From: Escherichia coli
GTDB taxonomy: Bacteria > Pseudomonadota > Gammaproteobacteria > Enterobacterales > Enterobacteriaceae
DNA length: 64,000 nt
Direction: 5' to 3' (one strand)
Assembly (NCBI RefSeq): GCF_046105845.1
Contig: NZ_CP151004.1
Shown: piece by piece, positions 1 to 14,783 of the stretch
Numbering within the stretch: the first letter of the stretch is position 1
Layout: every line of letters begins with the position of its first letter
Position numbers and translations under genes: made by a program
The notes under the pieces: model-generated
Database searches by the model: none
Told to the model about the DNA's origin: nothing
Seen by the model: only the letters and a program-made list of their open reading frames with translations

Positions 1-762
1 CTCTGCCAAAGGCAGCGGGGGCAGCAACTCCCCAGTGTCCAGATAATGCTGGATTTCCCGAAAGATCCAGGGTCTTCCCTGAGCTGCGCGGCCTATCATC
101 AGGGCATCCGCCCCTGTATAGTCGAGCACAGCTCTGGCTTTAAGCGGGTCAGTAATGTCGCCATTCGCGATAACCGGAATGGAAACTTTCTGCTTAACTG
201 CCCGAATACTGTCGTACTCAGCTTCTCCATTGAACAAACAGGCGCGTGTACGGCCATGAATGGTCAGAGCCTGAATGCCACAGTCTTCAGCCAGTTGGGC
301 AATCTCTTCGCAGTTACGGTGTTCCGGTGCCCAGCCAGTGCGAATTTTCAGGGTAACAGGAACGTCCACTGCATTGACGACCTCGGTAAGGATCGATTTA
401 ACGACATCCGGGTACTGCAAGAGGGCTGAACCTGCGAGCTTGCGATTCACTTTTTTAGCCGGGCAACCCATATTGATATCAATAATCTGGGCACCGCTTT
501 CCACGTTAATACGTGCTGCATCTGCCATTTCTTTCGGATCGCTACCAGCAATTTGCACGGTGCGAATACCGGGTTCATCAATGTGCACCATCCGTAAACG
601 AGATTTGTCGCTTTCCCAAACCTGTGGGTTAGAAGACATCATCTCGGATACTGTCAATCCGGCTCCCATCTCGTAGCACAACGTCCGAAAAGGTCTGTCT
701 GTAATGCCAGCCATGGGCGCTGCGATCAGGCGATTTCTGAGCTGATATTGTCCGATGCGCAT
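1..762 (-). CDS. dusB: tRNA-dihydrouridine synthase B, 5' portion only (gene runs off the window start)
   Basis: Minus-strand translation from the ATG at 760-762 reads [25 protein letters not shown]..., matching E. coli DusB; no stop before position 1, so it is absent from the ORF track. Confidence 0.9.
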   Translation of the reverse strand, partial: MRIGQYQLRNRLIAAPMAGITDRPFRTLCYEMGAGLTVSEMMSSNPQVWESDKSRLRMVHIDEPGIRTVQIAGSDPKEMADAARINVESGAQIIDINMGCPAKKVNRKLAGSALLQYPDVVKSILTEVVNAVDVPVTLKIRTGWAPEHRNCEEIAQLAEDCGIQALTIHGRTRACLFNGEAEYDSIRAVKQKVSIPVIANGDITDPLKARAVLDYTGADALMIGRAAQGRPWIFREIQHYLDTGELLPPLPLAE

Positions 763-1090
763 GAGTTAAGAAATGACCATACTGTGACTGCAAGGCGGCG
801 TATATTACGCATTTTTTGCACGAGATGAAAGGCCAAACTTTGACCAATCCTCTGAGATGGATCAAAGAATTGCATTTAAAATGAGCGCGGCGCGATAATT
901 ACTCATAAAAATCATCATATTAGAAAATAGTGACTAAAATTTACACTCAAAGAAATTTGAGTAAGTTCTCAATTTTTCTTTATGAATGAAAATTTTGGCA
1001 CGCAAATTTGCGTAAATAATCGGCAAATTAACGTGCCTTTTGTGACATCGCTCGCACTTCGCTCTGCGTCACCCTACGGCGATGCGAAGG
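763..1090 (-). promoter_or_regulatory. dusB-fis operon promoter and upstream regulatory region
   Basis: AT-rich intergenic region immediately upstream of dusB on the minus strand; position matches the known fis promoter region. Individual sites not resolved. Confidence 0.5.
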
Positions 1091-1972
1091 TTAATTCTTA
1101 CGACCGGTAATGCGGCACCACTCTTCTTTTTCCACGACCGGGTCCAGAGCGAAGCTGTCGGCATAAGCTTCGCAAACGCTCTCTGCCTGGCTTGCCAGAA
1201 TACCGGAAAGGCCCAGCAAACCGCCTGAAACTGGCAGGACGCTGATTAACGGTGCCAGTTCACGTAATGGGCCTGCAAGGATGTTAGCGACCACCACGTC
1301 GGCTTTCATTTCTTCTGGCTGATCTTTCGGTAAGTAGAGTTCCAGACGGTCAGAAACGCCATTACGTTCGGCGTTATCGCGGCTGGCCTGAATCGCCTGC
1401 GGATCGATATCAATACCAATGGCTTTTGCTGCACCCAGTTTCAGCGCCGCGATAGCCAGAATGCCGGAACCGCAGCCAAAGTCGATGACTGTTTTACCGG
1501 TTAAATCGAGGCTGTCGAGCCATTGCAGGCACAGAGAGGTGGTTGGATGGGTACCCGTACCAAACGCCAGCCCTGGATCTAACATCACGTTGACGGCGTT
1601 TTCGTCCGGCACATCACGCCAGCTAGGGCAGATCCACAGTCGTTCACCAAAGCGCATCGGGTGGAAATTATCCATCCATTCGCGCTCCCAGTCTTTATCT
1701 TCCAGTTGTTCGATTTTATGCGCGAAGCCCGCGCCGAGCAGCGGATGGTTTTCCAGAATCGCCACCACGTCGTTCATATCGGTTTCAGCGTCGAACAGAC
1801 CAATCACATCGGTGTCGCCCCACAGGCGCGTTTCGCCCGGCAGCGGCTCAAACACAGGCGTATCGTGGGTATCCTGAAAAGTGATAGAAACGGCACCCGC
1901 TTCCATCAGCGCATCGCTAAGATCTTCCGCGTTCGCGCCGGTGGTGTTCAGTTTCAGTTGGATCCAAGGCAT
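1091..1972 (-). CDS. prmA: ribosomal protein L11 methyltransferase
   Basis: 293-aa ORF; sequence recognised as E. coli PrmA with a SAM-binding DFGCGSGIL motif. Confidence 0.95.
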
Positions 1973-1983
1973 GGCAAAACTCT

Positions 1984-3435
1984 TTATTTATCAGTAGTCA
2001 AAACGGTAGCTTGCGGGACGGATGTACCGAAACGGTTTCCGACCAGGAAAGCCAGCAAACTTAGTAGTAACGAGGGCACGATAGGGTGGAAGCCCAGGTA
2101 CTGAATATTCAGTGTCGCGAGTACGGCATACAGTACGCCGCCAACGATCATCGCACTTAGCGCGCCTTTGGCGTTGGCGCGTTCCCAGTAAAGACCCAGC
2201 ACCAGCGGCCACAGGAAAACGGCTTCCAGCCCACCGAAGGCCAGCAAATTCAGCCAGATGATCATTTCTGGCGGCTTCCAGGCGGCAAGCAGCAGCAACG
2301 CACCGAGAACTAACGTAATTACCGCCGACATCCGCTTCAGACGCGTCTCGTTTTGCATTTGATCCGGACGGATATTCAGATAGAGATCTTTAATGATCGT
2401 AGCGGAACTTTGCAGCAACTGGGCATTGATCGTCGACATGATCGCGGCCATCGGTGCAGCCAGGAAGATCCCGGCAGCAAACGGTGGCAGCACTTTTACC
2501 ATTAACGTCGGGATCACCAGGTCCGGTACGGTGAGATCGGGGATCACCGCCCGACCTAACGCTCCGGCCAGGTGCATACCGAACATCAGGATTGCGACCA
2601 CAATCGTACCGATGATGATCCCCCGATGTACGGCTTTGCTGTCTTTATAAGAGATACAGCGCACCGCAGTATGCGGCAGGCCAATCACGCCAAAGCACAC
2701 CAGCACCCAGAACGATGTCATAAACGCAGGCGACAGAATATCGTCAGCGCCTTGTGGCGTAACCAGTTGCGGATCGATGGTTTGCAACGTCTCTACTGCG
2801 TTGCTTAAGCCACCTGCGGCATGTACCACGCCAATAAGCAGCACAATGGTGCCAATCAGCATCACCAGCCCTTGCATAGTGTCGTTCAGCACGCTGGCGC
2901 GAAAGCCACCAAAGGCGGTATACAACGCAATGCTGATACCGAAAATCAGCAGCCCGGTTTCATAAGGAATACCCGCCGCGGTTTCCAGCAGGCGCGCGCC
3001 GCCGATAAACTGCACGGTCATCGCGCCAATAAACGCGACCAGCAAACTCAAACTCGCCAGCCACACCAAAAGACGACTCTGGTAGCGGGCAAACAGCATA
3101 TCGTTCAGCGTCACTGCATTGTAGCGGCGCGCAAGAATCGCGAACTTCTTGCCGAGAATACCGAGTGAAAGCCAGACTGCAGGAAGCTGAATCATCGCCA
3201 GCAATACCCAGCCCAGGCCGTATTTGTAAGCAGCTCCAGGCCCGCCGATAAACGAACTGGCACTGATATAGGTCGCGGTGAGCGTCATCGCCAGCACAAT
3301 ACCGCCCATAGAGCGGCTACCGAGGAAATACTCATTAAGGAAGGTGCCGGTGCTCCGTTTACGCATCGCATAAACAGAGATACCGAACACCACCACCAGA
3401 TAGGCGACCAGCGGTAGAATCACTTCAAGCTGCAT
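1984..3435 (-). CDS. panF: sodium/pantothenate symporter
   Basis: Multi-pass membrane ORF recognised as PanF; start placed at the second ATG (MQLEVILPL...) as in K-12. Confidence 0.93.
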
Positions 3436-3667
3436 CGTCATCCTCCAGTGGGATATCGCGATAGATAAATTTCACCATCGCCCAGCACAGTCCAATAAAC
3501 AGCAGCGGCGTCAGGATGCAGGCCATCTCAAACCAGCGCGGAAAGCCGGTAAAACCGGGGGCAACGCCAGGTAAGTAAGCGGCTACTAACCATACCGCCA
3601 GATACAAAAGGGTCAGCCCCAGCGCCCAGCGCGCCTCTTTATGGGCCTGAACAAAACGAGTGTCCAT
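3425..3667 (-). CDS. yhdT: small inner-membrane protein YhdT (DUF997)
   Basis: 80-aa ORF with two hydrophobic segments; overlaps the panF start as in K-12. Confidence 0.85.
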   Translation of the reverse strand: MDTRFVQAHKEARWALGLTLLYLAVWLVAAYLPGVAPGFTGFPRWFEMACILTPLLFIGLCWAMVKFIYRDIPLEDDDAA

Positions 3668-3731
3668 TTTTTGTCCCTGATGGGTGAAGAAAGCGGGGAT
3701 TGTACCTTATGGGGGTTGTCGATCCCCAGTA

Positions 3732-3758
3732 ATAAAAAAGGCCGGAAAATCCGGCCTT
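3732..3758 (-). terminator. rho-independent terminator downstream of accBC
   Basis: GGCCGG-AAAAT-CCGGCC hairpin followed on the minus strand by a T6 run, just after the accC stop. Confidence 0.75.
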
Positions 3759-3775
3759 TTGACGCTTTTGCAGTC

Positions 3776-5125
3776 TTATTTTTCCTGAAGACCGAGTTTT
3801 TTCTCCAGATAGTGGATGTTAGTGCCACCATGCTGGAAGTTCTCGTCATTCATGATGCGGATCTGCAGATCAACGTTGGTTTTGATACCGTCGATGATCA
3901 GCTCCTGCAGCGCATTCTTCATGCGGGCAATCGCCACGTCACGGTTTTCACCGTAGCAAATCAGCTTACCGATCATTGAGTCATAGTACGGCGGTACGGT
4001 GTAGCCCGCGTAGATATGAGACTCCCAACGCACGCCAAAACCGCCTGGTGCGTGGAAACGGGTGATTTTGCCCGGGCTTGGCAGGAAGGTGTTCGGATCT
4101 TCGGCGTTGATACGGCATTCCACCGCATGGCCGCGAACGTGAACTTCTTCTTGCTTGATCGACAGCGGTTGACCGGCAGCGATACGCAGCTGTTCTTTGA
4201 TCAGGTCAACGCCGGTGATCATTTCAGTAACCGGGTGTTCTACCTGAATACGGGTGTTCATTTCGATGAAATAGAACTCGCCGTTTTCGAACAGGAACTC
4301 GAAAGTACCCGCACCGCGATAGCCGATATCAACACACGCTTTAGCGCAACGTTCACCGATGTAGCGACGCAGTTCCGGGGTAATGCCCGGTGCTGGTGCT
4401 TCTTCGACCACTTTCTGGTGGCGGCGCTGCATGGAGCAGTCACGTTCCGCCAGATAGATAGCGTTGCCCTGACCGTCAGCCAGTACCTGAATCTCGACGT
4501 GGCGAGGATTTTCCAGGTATTTCTCCATGTAAACCATATCGTTGCTGAAAGCAGCTTTCGCTTCCGCACGGGTCATGGAGATGGATTGTGCCAGTTCAGC
4601 GTCGCCGCGCACTACGCGCATACCGCGACCGCCGCCGCCGCCGGAGGCTTTGATAATCACCGGATAACCAATGCGTTTAGCAATGGCGCGGTTTTTATCC
4701 ATATCGTCACCCAGCGGGCCGTCAGAACCCGGTACGCAAGGAACGCCCGCTTTTTTCATCGCCGCGATTGCGGATACTTTGTCGCCCATCAGGCGAATGG
4801 TTTCTGCTTTCGGGCCGATGAAGATAAAGCCGGAGCGTTCAACCTGCTCGGCAAAGTTGGCGTTCTCGGAGAGGAAGCCGTAACCCGGATGGATTGCTAC
4901 TGCGCCGGTGATTTCAGCGGCGCTGATGATTGCCGGGATGTTCAGATAACTTTTTACTGACGGAGCAGGGCCGATACAGACCGTTTCATCTGCCAGTAAT
5001 ACGTGTTTTAGATCGCGATCCGCGCTGGAGTGCACAGCGACAGTCTTGATGCCCAGTTCTTTACAGGCACGAAGAATACGCAATGCAATCTCGCCGCGGT
5101 TGGCAATAACAATTTTATCCAGCAT
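3776..5125 (-). CDS. accC: biotin carboxylase subunit of acetyl-CoA carboxylase
   Basis: ORF recognised as AccC ([16 protein letters not shown]...); start set at the internal ATG at 5125, which has a GAGG Shine-Dalgarno 10 nt after the accB stop. Confidence 0.95.
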
Positions 5126-5135
5126 GTTCGCCTCG

Positions 5136-5606
5136 TTACTCGATGACGACCAGCGGCTCGTCAAATTCTACCGGTTGTCCACTTTCGACCAGAATTGCTT
5201 TCACGGTACCGGATTTGTCCGCTTCGATCTGGTTCATCATTTTCATGGCTTCAACGATGCACAGGGTATCGCCCACGTTGACTTTCTGACCCACTTCGAT
5301 GAACGCTTTTGCGTCCGGGCTTGGGGTGCGGTAGAAAGTACCAACCATCGGGGAACGTACGATGTGACCACTGATTTCCGCTGCTGCTGGCGCTTCCATG
5401 GAAGGAACGGTCGCCGGAGCGGCTGCGTTAGATTGAGCTGGCTGCTGCATCATTGGTGCAGCGTAAGCTTGTTGCATCACAGGGAAACTTGCGGCAGGAG
5501 CTGCACGGCTAATGCGTACTGACTCTTCGCCTTCAGAAATTTCCAGTTCGGAGATGCCTGATTCTTCAACCAGCTCGATCAGTTTTTTAATCTTACGAAT
5601 ATCCAT
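5136..5606 (-). CDS. accB: biotin carboxyl carrier protein
   Basis: 156-aa ORF with an Ala/Pro-rich linker and the EAMKMM biotinylation motif. Confidence 0.95.
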
Positions 5607-6583
5607 GAGTGGGTTCCGTACTCTTTGTTTAGTGTGATTGTGACAGGCGTTTCACCGCCGTCTGTAAAGCGTATGCCCCGACAGCTGTATGCATAGCGAT
5701 AAATTCCAGCAGGCCGGGACGCCGGTCTATTTTGCCCCAGAGTGTCAATGTTAGACTTGACGGACATTGTGCAGCGATCTGCTGCTATCCTCCGGCAAAA
5801 AACAAAATATACCTTCGTTGCGCCAATGTCACCTTTTCCGCAGCGCAAAAACTGCGTCAGGGAGGACGAGGTCGCACATTATAACGATTTCGTAGCAATT
5901 GGCAGCTAAATACTGGTCTTATCAGGGAAGATAATCAACAGCTAACATGTAAATAACCTTCAACACCGTGTAATTTGCAACAAGCCGCACAATTCACGAA
6001 ATTAGCGCCATCATCGACGGAACTTCTTATAACGTAAGGTGAAAAGCTGTAAAGCCAGCCCTGCGAAGATGAGGGGCTGCAATGAGATAATCTTCACAGA
6101 CCACAAATAATGTAGGGATGCCAGGATCGCGACAAGATAGACGACATTACGCAGCGGTTGCTGAGGATTACGCAATTTTCACTGTATCGTCTGGATAGAT
6201 GTGAATGCTAAAGCACGCAAAATTAACCGATTGACAATGCTCAGCATTAAATAGGTTCGAGTGATTAATTTGTAGTCAAACAAAATCAGATTATTCCCCC
6301 CATGGTACCAGAAATCAGTAACAGGTTAAGCGTAGCGTCGCCCAAGCAAAGCACCATAAACCTAACAGGCGACGGAGGCGTATCAATAATGGCTGTTTAG
6401 TGGAGTAACAGTGCGCATCAATTTGTGGTCAGTCGAAATCATGACTTTCCAGTTTGGATGATGTTGTGCAACTTCATGACCAAGATGTTCGACGAAAGCT
6501 GTCCGGCTAACCGCTTTTCCCGTTAACCGATTGAATAATGATTTCAAAATGAGTTCCCTCTCTTATTATTCCCTGCTAAATGG
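5607..6583 (-). promoter_or_regulatory. long ORF-free region upstream of accB (promoter plus long leader)
   Basis: About 1 kb with no ORF of 60 aa or more in any frame, lying between the acuI stop and the accB start. accB is known to have a long autoregulated leader. Confidence 0.4.
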
Positions 6584-7558
6584 TTAGTTAACCTTCACCA
6601 GCGTGCGACCCTGGATCTGGTTATTAATGATGGCCTCGGCAAATTTCGGTGCCTCTGCCAGAGATATCTCTTTTGCCGCCTGGGTATAGAATGATTCCGG
6701 TAAATCGGCGACCAGTCGCTGCCAGGCTTGTGCGCGGCGTGCTGGTGGCGTCATCACTGAATCCACCCCCTGTAAACGGACATTACGCAGAATAAATGGC
6801 ATGACCGTGGTTGGCAGAGTAAAACCACCCGCCAGACCACAGGCCGCCACGCAGCCGCCGTAATTCATTTGCGCCAGCACTTTTGCAAGCACTTTGTCGC
6901 CAACGGTGTCAATTGCCCCAGCCCAGACTTGTTTTTCCAGAGGACGGGATTCGGCAAACTCATCGCGAGGGAGAATACGGCTGGCACCTAAACTTTTCAG
7001 ATATTCATGGGTACTTTCGCGACCGGAAACGGCAACGACCTGATAACCCAATTTATGCAGCAGCGCCACGGCGGTACTGCCGACGCCACCACTGGCACCC
7101 GTCACGACAATCTCCCCATCCTGCGGGCGAACACCGGCATCTTCCAGCGCCATCACACACAGCATGGCGGTAAAACCGGCAGTACCGATAATCATTGCTT
7201 TACGCGCGTCCAGCCCTTGCGGCATGGCAACCAGCCAGTCACCTTTCACTCGCGCCTGCTCCGCCAGCCCACCCCAGTGGTTTTCACCAACGCCCCAGCC
7301 AGTGAGTAATACGTCCTGACCGGCATGAAAACGCGGATCTTCGCTGGTGCGTACAGTTCCGGCAAAATCGATCCCAGGAATCATCGGAAAATTACGGATG
7401 ATTTTTCCCTTACCGGTAATCGCCAGCGCATCTTTGTAGTTCAGGCTCGACCAGTGAACATCAACCGTGACATCGCCCTCCGGCAGGCAACTTTCGTCCA
7501 GAGTCTTTACCGATGCGAGAGTTTTGCCGTCCTGCTGTTCTAAAAGTAACGCCTGCAT
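6584..7558 (-). CDS. acuI: acrylyl-CoA reductase (NADPH), zinc-independent MDR family
   Basis: 324-aa ORF recognised as YhdH/AcuI, with a GASGGVGS nucleotide-binding motif. Confidence 0.9.
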   Translation of the reverse strand: MQALLLEQQDGKTLASVKTLDESCLPEGDVTVDVHWSSLNYKDALAITGKGKIIRNFPMIPGIDFAGTVRTSEDPRFHAGQDVLLTGWGVGENHWGGLAEQARVKGDWLVAMPQGLDARKAMIIGTAGFTAMLCVMALEDAGVRPQDGEIVVTGASGGVGSTAVALLHKLGYQVVAVSGRESTHEYLKSLGASRILPRDEFAESRPLEKQVWAGAIDTVGDKVLAKVLAQMNYGGCVAACGLAGGFTLPTTVMPFILRNVRLQGVDSVMTPPARRAQAWQRLVADLPESFYTQAAKEISLAEAPKFAEAIINNQIQGRTLVKVN

Positions 7559-7709
7559 AAGTGGTCCTCATGTGCATGATGGATTGGAAAATAATTTCTG
7601 AAGACTATACTCGCTAATGGAAAAGCAAAGCCGATGAAGCGCAATAAATTGCGAGATAAATCTGATTTGCTAGTATGCCCGCTTCCTCACTATCGGAGTT
7701 AACACAAGG

Positions 7710-9650
7710 ATGAGATTAACGACGAAATTTTCGGCCTTTGTTACGCTGCTCACCGGGCTAACAATTTTTGTGACTTTGCTGGGCTGTTCGCTAAGTTTCT
7801 ACAACGCCATTCAGTATAAGTTTAGTCATCGCGTTCAGGCGGTGGCGACGGCAATTGATACCCACCTTGTGTCGAATGACTTCAGCGCATTAAGGCCACA
7901 AATTACCGAATTAATGATGTCGGCAGATATCGTTCGTGTAGACCTGCTGCATGGTGATAAACAGGTATATACCCTGGCCAGAAATGGAAGTTATCGTCCG
8001 GTTGGCACCAGCGATCTGTTTCGCGAACTGAGCGTTCCGTTGATAAAGCATCCGGGGATGTCGCTGCGTCTGGTTTATCAGGATCCGATGGGCAACTATT
8101 TCCATTCGTTGATGACCACCGCGCCGCTCACGGGGGCGATTGGCTTTATCATTCTTATGCTCTTCCTGGCGGTACGCTGGTTACAACGGCAACTTGCCGG
8201 GCAAGAATTGCTGGAAACCCGGGCTACTCGTATCTTAAACGGTGAGCGTGGCTCTAATGTGTTGGGAACCATCTATGAATGGCCGCCCAGAACCAGCAGT
8301 GCGCTGGATACGCTGCTTTGTGAAATTCAGAACGCACGCGAACAACACAGCCGTCTTGATACGCTGATCCGCTCTTATGCCGCCCAGGACATGAAAACCG
8401 GCCTCAATAACCGACTCTTTTTCGATAATCAGTTAGCAACGTTACTGGAAGATCAGGAGAAAGTAGGTACCCACGGGATCGTGATGATGATTCGTCTACC
8501 GGATTTCAATATGTTGAGCGATACCTGGGGGCACAGCCAGGTTGAAGAACAGTTCTTCACTCTGACGAATCTGCTGTCGACATTTATGATGCGCTACCCT
8601 GGCGCACTGCTGGCGCGTTACCACCGCAGTGATTTTGCTGCGCTGTTGCCCCACCGGACGTTAAAAGAGGCTGAGAGCATAGCCAGTCAGTTAATCAAAG
8701 CCGTCGATACCTTGCCGAACAATAAAATGCTCGATCGCGACGATATGATCCACATTGGTATCTGTGCCTGGCGTAGTGGTCAGGATACCGAGCAGGTAAT
8801 GGAACATGCAGAGTCTGCCACGCGTAATGCGGGATTGCAGGGCGGCAATAGCTGGGCTATTTACGATGACTCGTTGCCTGAAAAAGGACGCGGTAATGTT
8901 CGCTGGCGTACGCTTATCGAGCAAATGCTGAGTCGCGGCGGCCCGCGCCTTTATCAAAAACCGGCGGTTACTCGCGAAGGTCAGGTTCATCATCGCGAAC
9001 TCATGTGCCGCATCTTCGATGGTAACGAAGAGGTTAGCTCGGCGGAGTATATGCCGATGGTCTTGCAGTTTGGCTTATCGGAAGAGTATGACCGCCTGCA
9101 AATCAGCCGTCTGATTCCACTATTGCGTTACTGGCCGGAGGAAAATCTGGCGATTCAGGTTACCGTTGAGTCGCTGATTCGCCCGCGTTTTCAGCGTTGG
9201 CTGCGAGATACGTTAATGCAATGTGAAAGATCGCAACGAAAACGCATAATTATTGAACTTGCAGAGGCCGATGTTGGTCAACATATCAGTCGCTTACAAC
9301 CTGTTATTCGTTTAGTGAATGCTTTAGGGGTACGGGTAGCCGTCAACCAGGCTGGTTTGACGCTGGTAAGCACCAGTTGGATCAAAGAACTTAATGTTGA
9401 GTTACTCAAGCTCCATCCGGGGCTGGTCAGAAACATTGAGAAGCGAACGGAGAACCAGCTGCTGGTTCAAAGCCTGGTGGAAGCCTGCTCCGGGACCAGC
9501 ACCCAGGTTTACGCCACCGGCGTGCGTTCGCGAAGCGAGTGGCAGACCCTGATTCAGCGCGGTGTTACAGGTGGGCAAGGGGATTTTTTCGCGTCCTCAC
9601 AGCCACTTGATACTAACGTGAAAAAATATTCACAAAGATACTCGGTTTAA
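7710..9650 (+). CDS. csrD: CsrB/CsrC sRNA turnover factor with degenerate GGDEF and EAL domains
   Basis: 646-aa ORF with two N-terminal transmembrane segments, recognised as YhdA/CsrD. Confidence 0.92.
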   Translation: MRLTTKFSAFVTLLTGLTIFVTLLGCSLSFYNAIQYKFSHRVQAVATAIDTHLVSNDFSALRPQITELMMSADIVRVDLLHGDKQVYTLARNGSYRPVGTSDLFRELSVPLIKHPGMSLRLVYQDPMGNYFHSLMTTAPLTGAIGFIILMLFLAVRWLQRQLAGQELLETRATRILNGERGSNVLGTIYEWPPRTSSALDTLLCEIQNAREQHSRLDTLIRSYAAQDMKTGLNNRLFFDNQLATLLEDQEKVGTHGIVMMIRLPDFNMLSDTWGHSQVEEQFFTLTNLLSTFMMRYPGALLARYHRSDFAALLPHRTLKEAESIASQLIKAVDTLPNNKMLDRDDMIHIGICAWRSGQDTEQVMEHAESATRNAGLQGGNSWAIYDDSLPEKGRGNVRWRTLIEQMLSRGGPRLYQKPAVTREGQVHHRELMCRIFDGNEEVSSAEYMPMVLQFGLSEEYDRLQISRLIPLLRYWPEENLAIQVTVESLIRPRFQRWLRDTLMQCERSQRKRIIIELAEADVGQHISRLQPVIRLVNALGVRVAVNQAGLTLVSTSWIKELNVELLKLHPGLVRNIEKRTENQLLVQSLVEACSGTSTQVYATGVRSRSEWQTLIQRGVTGGQGDFFASSQPLDTNVKKYSQRYSV

Positions 9651-9828
9651 CCTGCCGTTTAATCCGTTTTCACGTAGAATAACGCGCGCTGCGTCTCATG
9701 GGAGTGTGCTTGTCTGCTCGCCAGATTGTTGCAGCACATATGCAGATGAATGACCTTACGCGGTTGCAAACAGGCGAGGAATGCTGCTGATGCATTAAGC
9801 CTTTCTGGACTCAGGCAGAGATTTGTAA

Positions 9829-10998
<1,170 letters not shown>

Positions 10999-11005
10999 TC
11001 GGATG

Positions 11006-11037
11006 CAGGCAGGGGAAGCGTCTGTTTACCCTGCCTG
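11006..11037 (+). other. stem-loop between mreB and mreC (probable partial terminator or processing site)
   Basis: Perfect 9-bp stem CAGGCAGGG...CCCTGCCTG with a 14-nt loop, directly after the mreB stop; no U-run follows. Confidence 0.4.
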
Positions 11038-11063
11038 GTCTGATACGAGAATACGCATAACTT

Positions 11064-12655
<1,592 letters not shown>

Positions 12656-12663
12656 AGGTTTCT

Positions 12664-13257
12664 ATGACTTCTCTGTATTTAGCTTCCGGTTCTCCGCGTC
12701 GTCAGGAGTTACTTGCGCAACTTGGCGTGACCTTTGAACGTATTGTTACGGGCATTGAGGAGCAGCGTCAGCCGCAGGAGAGCGCGCAGCAGTATGTTGT
12801 GCGTCTGGCGCGCGAGAAAGCACAGGCGGGTGTCGCGCAAACGACGCAGGATCTCCCGGTGCTGGGTGCGGATACTATCGTTATCCTGAACGGAGAAGTA
12901 CTGGAGAAACCGCGCGATGCAGAGCATGCGGTGCAGATGTTGCGCAAATTATCGGGTCAGACCCATCAGGTGATGACGGCCGTGGCGTTGGCCGACAGTC
13001 AGCACATTCTCGATTGCCTGGTGGTCACCGATGTGACTTTCAGAACGTTAACAGACGAAGACATCGCGGGCTATGTCGCCAGCGGTGAACCGTTAGATAA
13101 AGCAGGTGCATACGGTATTCAGGGGCTGGGTGGCTGTTTTGTCAGGAAGATAAATGGCAGCTATCACGCCGTAGTCGGCTTACCGCTGGTTGAAACGTAT
13201 GAATTATTAAGTAATTTTAACGCACTGCGTGAGAAAAGGGATAAACATGACGGCTGA
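12664..13257 (+). CDS. yhdE: Maf-family nucleoside triphosphate pyrophosphatase
   Basis: 197-aa ORF recognised as YhdE ([17 protein letters not shown]...). Confidence 0.92.
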   Translation: MTSLYLASGSPRRQELLAQLGVTFERIVTGIEEQRQPQESAQQYVVRLAREKAQAGVAQTTQDLPVLGADTIVILNGEVLEKPRDAEHAVQMLRKLSGQTHQVMTAVALADSQHILDCLVVTDVTFRTLTDEDIAGYVASGEPLDKAGAYGIQGLGGCFVRKINGSYHAVVGLPLVETYELLSNFNALREKRDKHDG

Positions 13258-14716
13258 ATTGTTAGTAAACGTAACGCCTTCGGAAACGCGAGTGGCGTAT
13301 ATTGATGGCGGTATTCTGCAGGAAATTCATATTGAACGTGAGGCGCGACGCGGAATAGTAGGCAATATCTACAAGGGTCGTGTAAGTCGTGTACTTCCGG
13401 GTATGCAGGCGGCTTTTGTAGATATTGGGCTGGATAAAGCCGCGTTTCTTCATGCATCCGATATCATGCCGCACACTGAATGTGTGGCGGGTGAAGAACA
13501 AAAGCAATTCACGGTACGCGACATCTCGGAACTGGTCCGTCAGGGGCAAGATCTGATGGTGCAGGTGGTGAAAGATCCGCTTGGCACTAAAGGTGCGCGC
13601 CTGACTACCGATATCACGCTGCCTTCTCGCTATCTGGTGTTTATGCCAGGGGCTTCTCACGTTGGGGTTTCCCAACGTATTGAAAGCGAATCAGAACGTG
13701 AACGCCTGAAAAAAGTGGTCGCAGAGTATTGCGACGAGCAGGGCGGGTTTATCATCCGTACCGCAGCTGAAGGGGTTGGCGAGGCTGAACTGGCCTCCGA
13801 TGCCGCTTATCTGAAACGCGTCTGGACCAAAGTGATGGAGCGTAAAAAGCGCCCGCAGACTCGTTATCAGCTGTACGGCGAACTGGCGCTGGCGCAGCGT
13901 GTTCTGCGTGATTTCGCCGACGCCGAACTGGATCGCATTCGCGTTGACTCACGCCTGACTTACGAAGCATTACTTGAGTTCACCTCGGAGTACATTCCCG
14001 AGATGACCAGCAAGCTGGAGCATTACACCGGACGCCAGCCGATTTTCGATCTCTTTGATGTCGAAAACGAAATTCAGCGAGCGCTGGAACGCAAAGTAGA
14101 ACTGAAATCCGGTGGCTATCTGATTATCGACCAGACCGAAGCGATGACCACCGTGGACATCAATACCGGAGCGTTTGTCGGTCATCGCAATCTGGACGAC
14201 ACCATTTTCAATACCAATATTGAAGCGACGCAGGCTATCGCTCGCCAGTTACGGTTGCGCAATCTGGGCGGGATTATCATTATTGATTTCATCGACATGA
14301 ATAATGAAGATCACCGTCGCCGCGTGTTGCATTCGCTGGAGCAGGCGTTGAGCAAAGACCGGGTGAAAACCAGCGTTAATGGTTTTTCGGCGCTGGGGCT
14401 GGTGGAGATGACGCGTAAACGCACCCGCGAAAGCATTGAGCACGTACTATGTAACGAATGCCCAACCTGCCACGGTCGCGGAACGGTGAAAACCGTGGAA
14501 ACGGTATGCTATGAAATCATGCGCGAGATTGTTCGTGTACACCATGCTTACGATTCCGACCGTTTCCTGGTCTATGCTTCTCCGGCAGTAGCCGAAGCCT
14601 TGAAAGGCGAAGAGTCACACTCGCTGGCGGAAGTGGAAATTTTCGTTGGCAAACAGGTTAAAGTACAAATTGAACCGCTCTATAACCAGGAGCAGTTTGA
14701 CGTCGTAATGATGTAA
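13247..14716 (+). CDS. rng: ribonuclease G
   Basis: ORF recognised as RNase G (CafA) with an S1 domain; start at the ATG at 13247 (MTAELLVNV...), overlapping the yhdE end by 11 nt. Confidence 0.94.
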
Positions 14717-14783
14717 ACAGATGCTGGGCCGCCATCCGGCAAAGGGTTTTTGAGTCACATTTTTAGCAGACAAGGAGTGACTG

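Noticed and set aside
4016-4960. 314-aa plus-strand ORF inside accC
   Set aside because: It lies fully antisense to a confidently identified conserved gene, so it is a shadow ORF.
5579-5848. 89-aa minus-strand ORF overlapping the accB start
   Set aside because: It overlaps the accB ribosome-binding region in another frame and has no recognisable features; more likely part of the accB leader.
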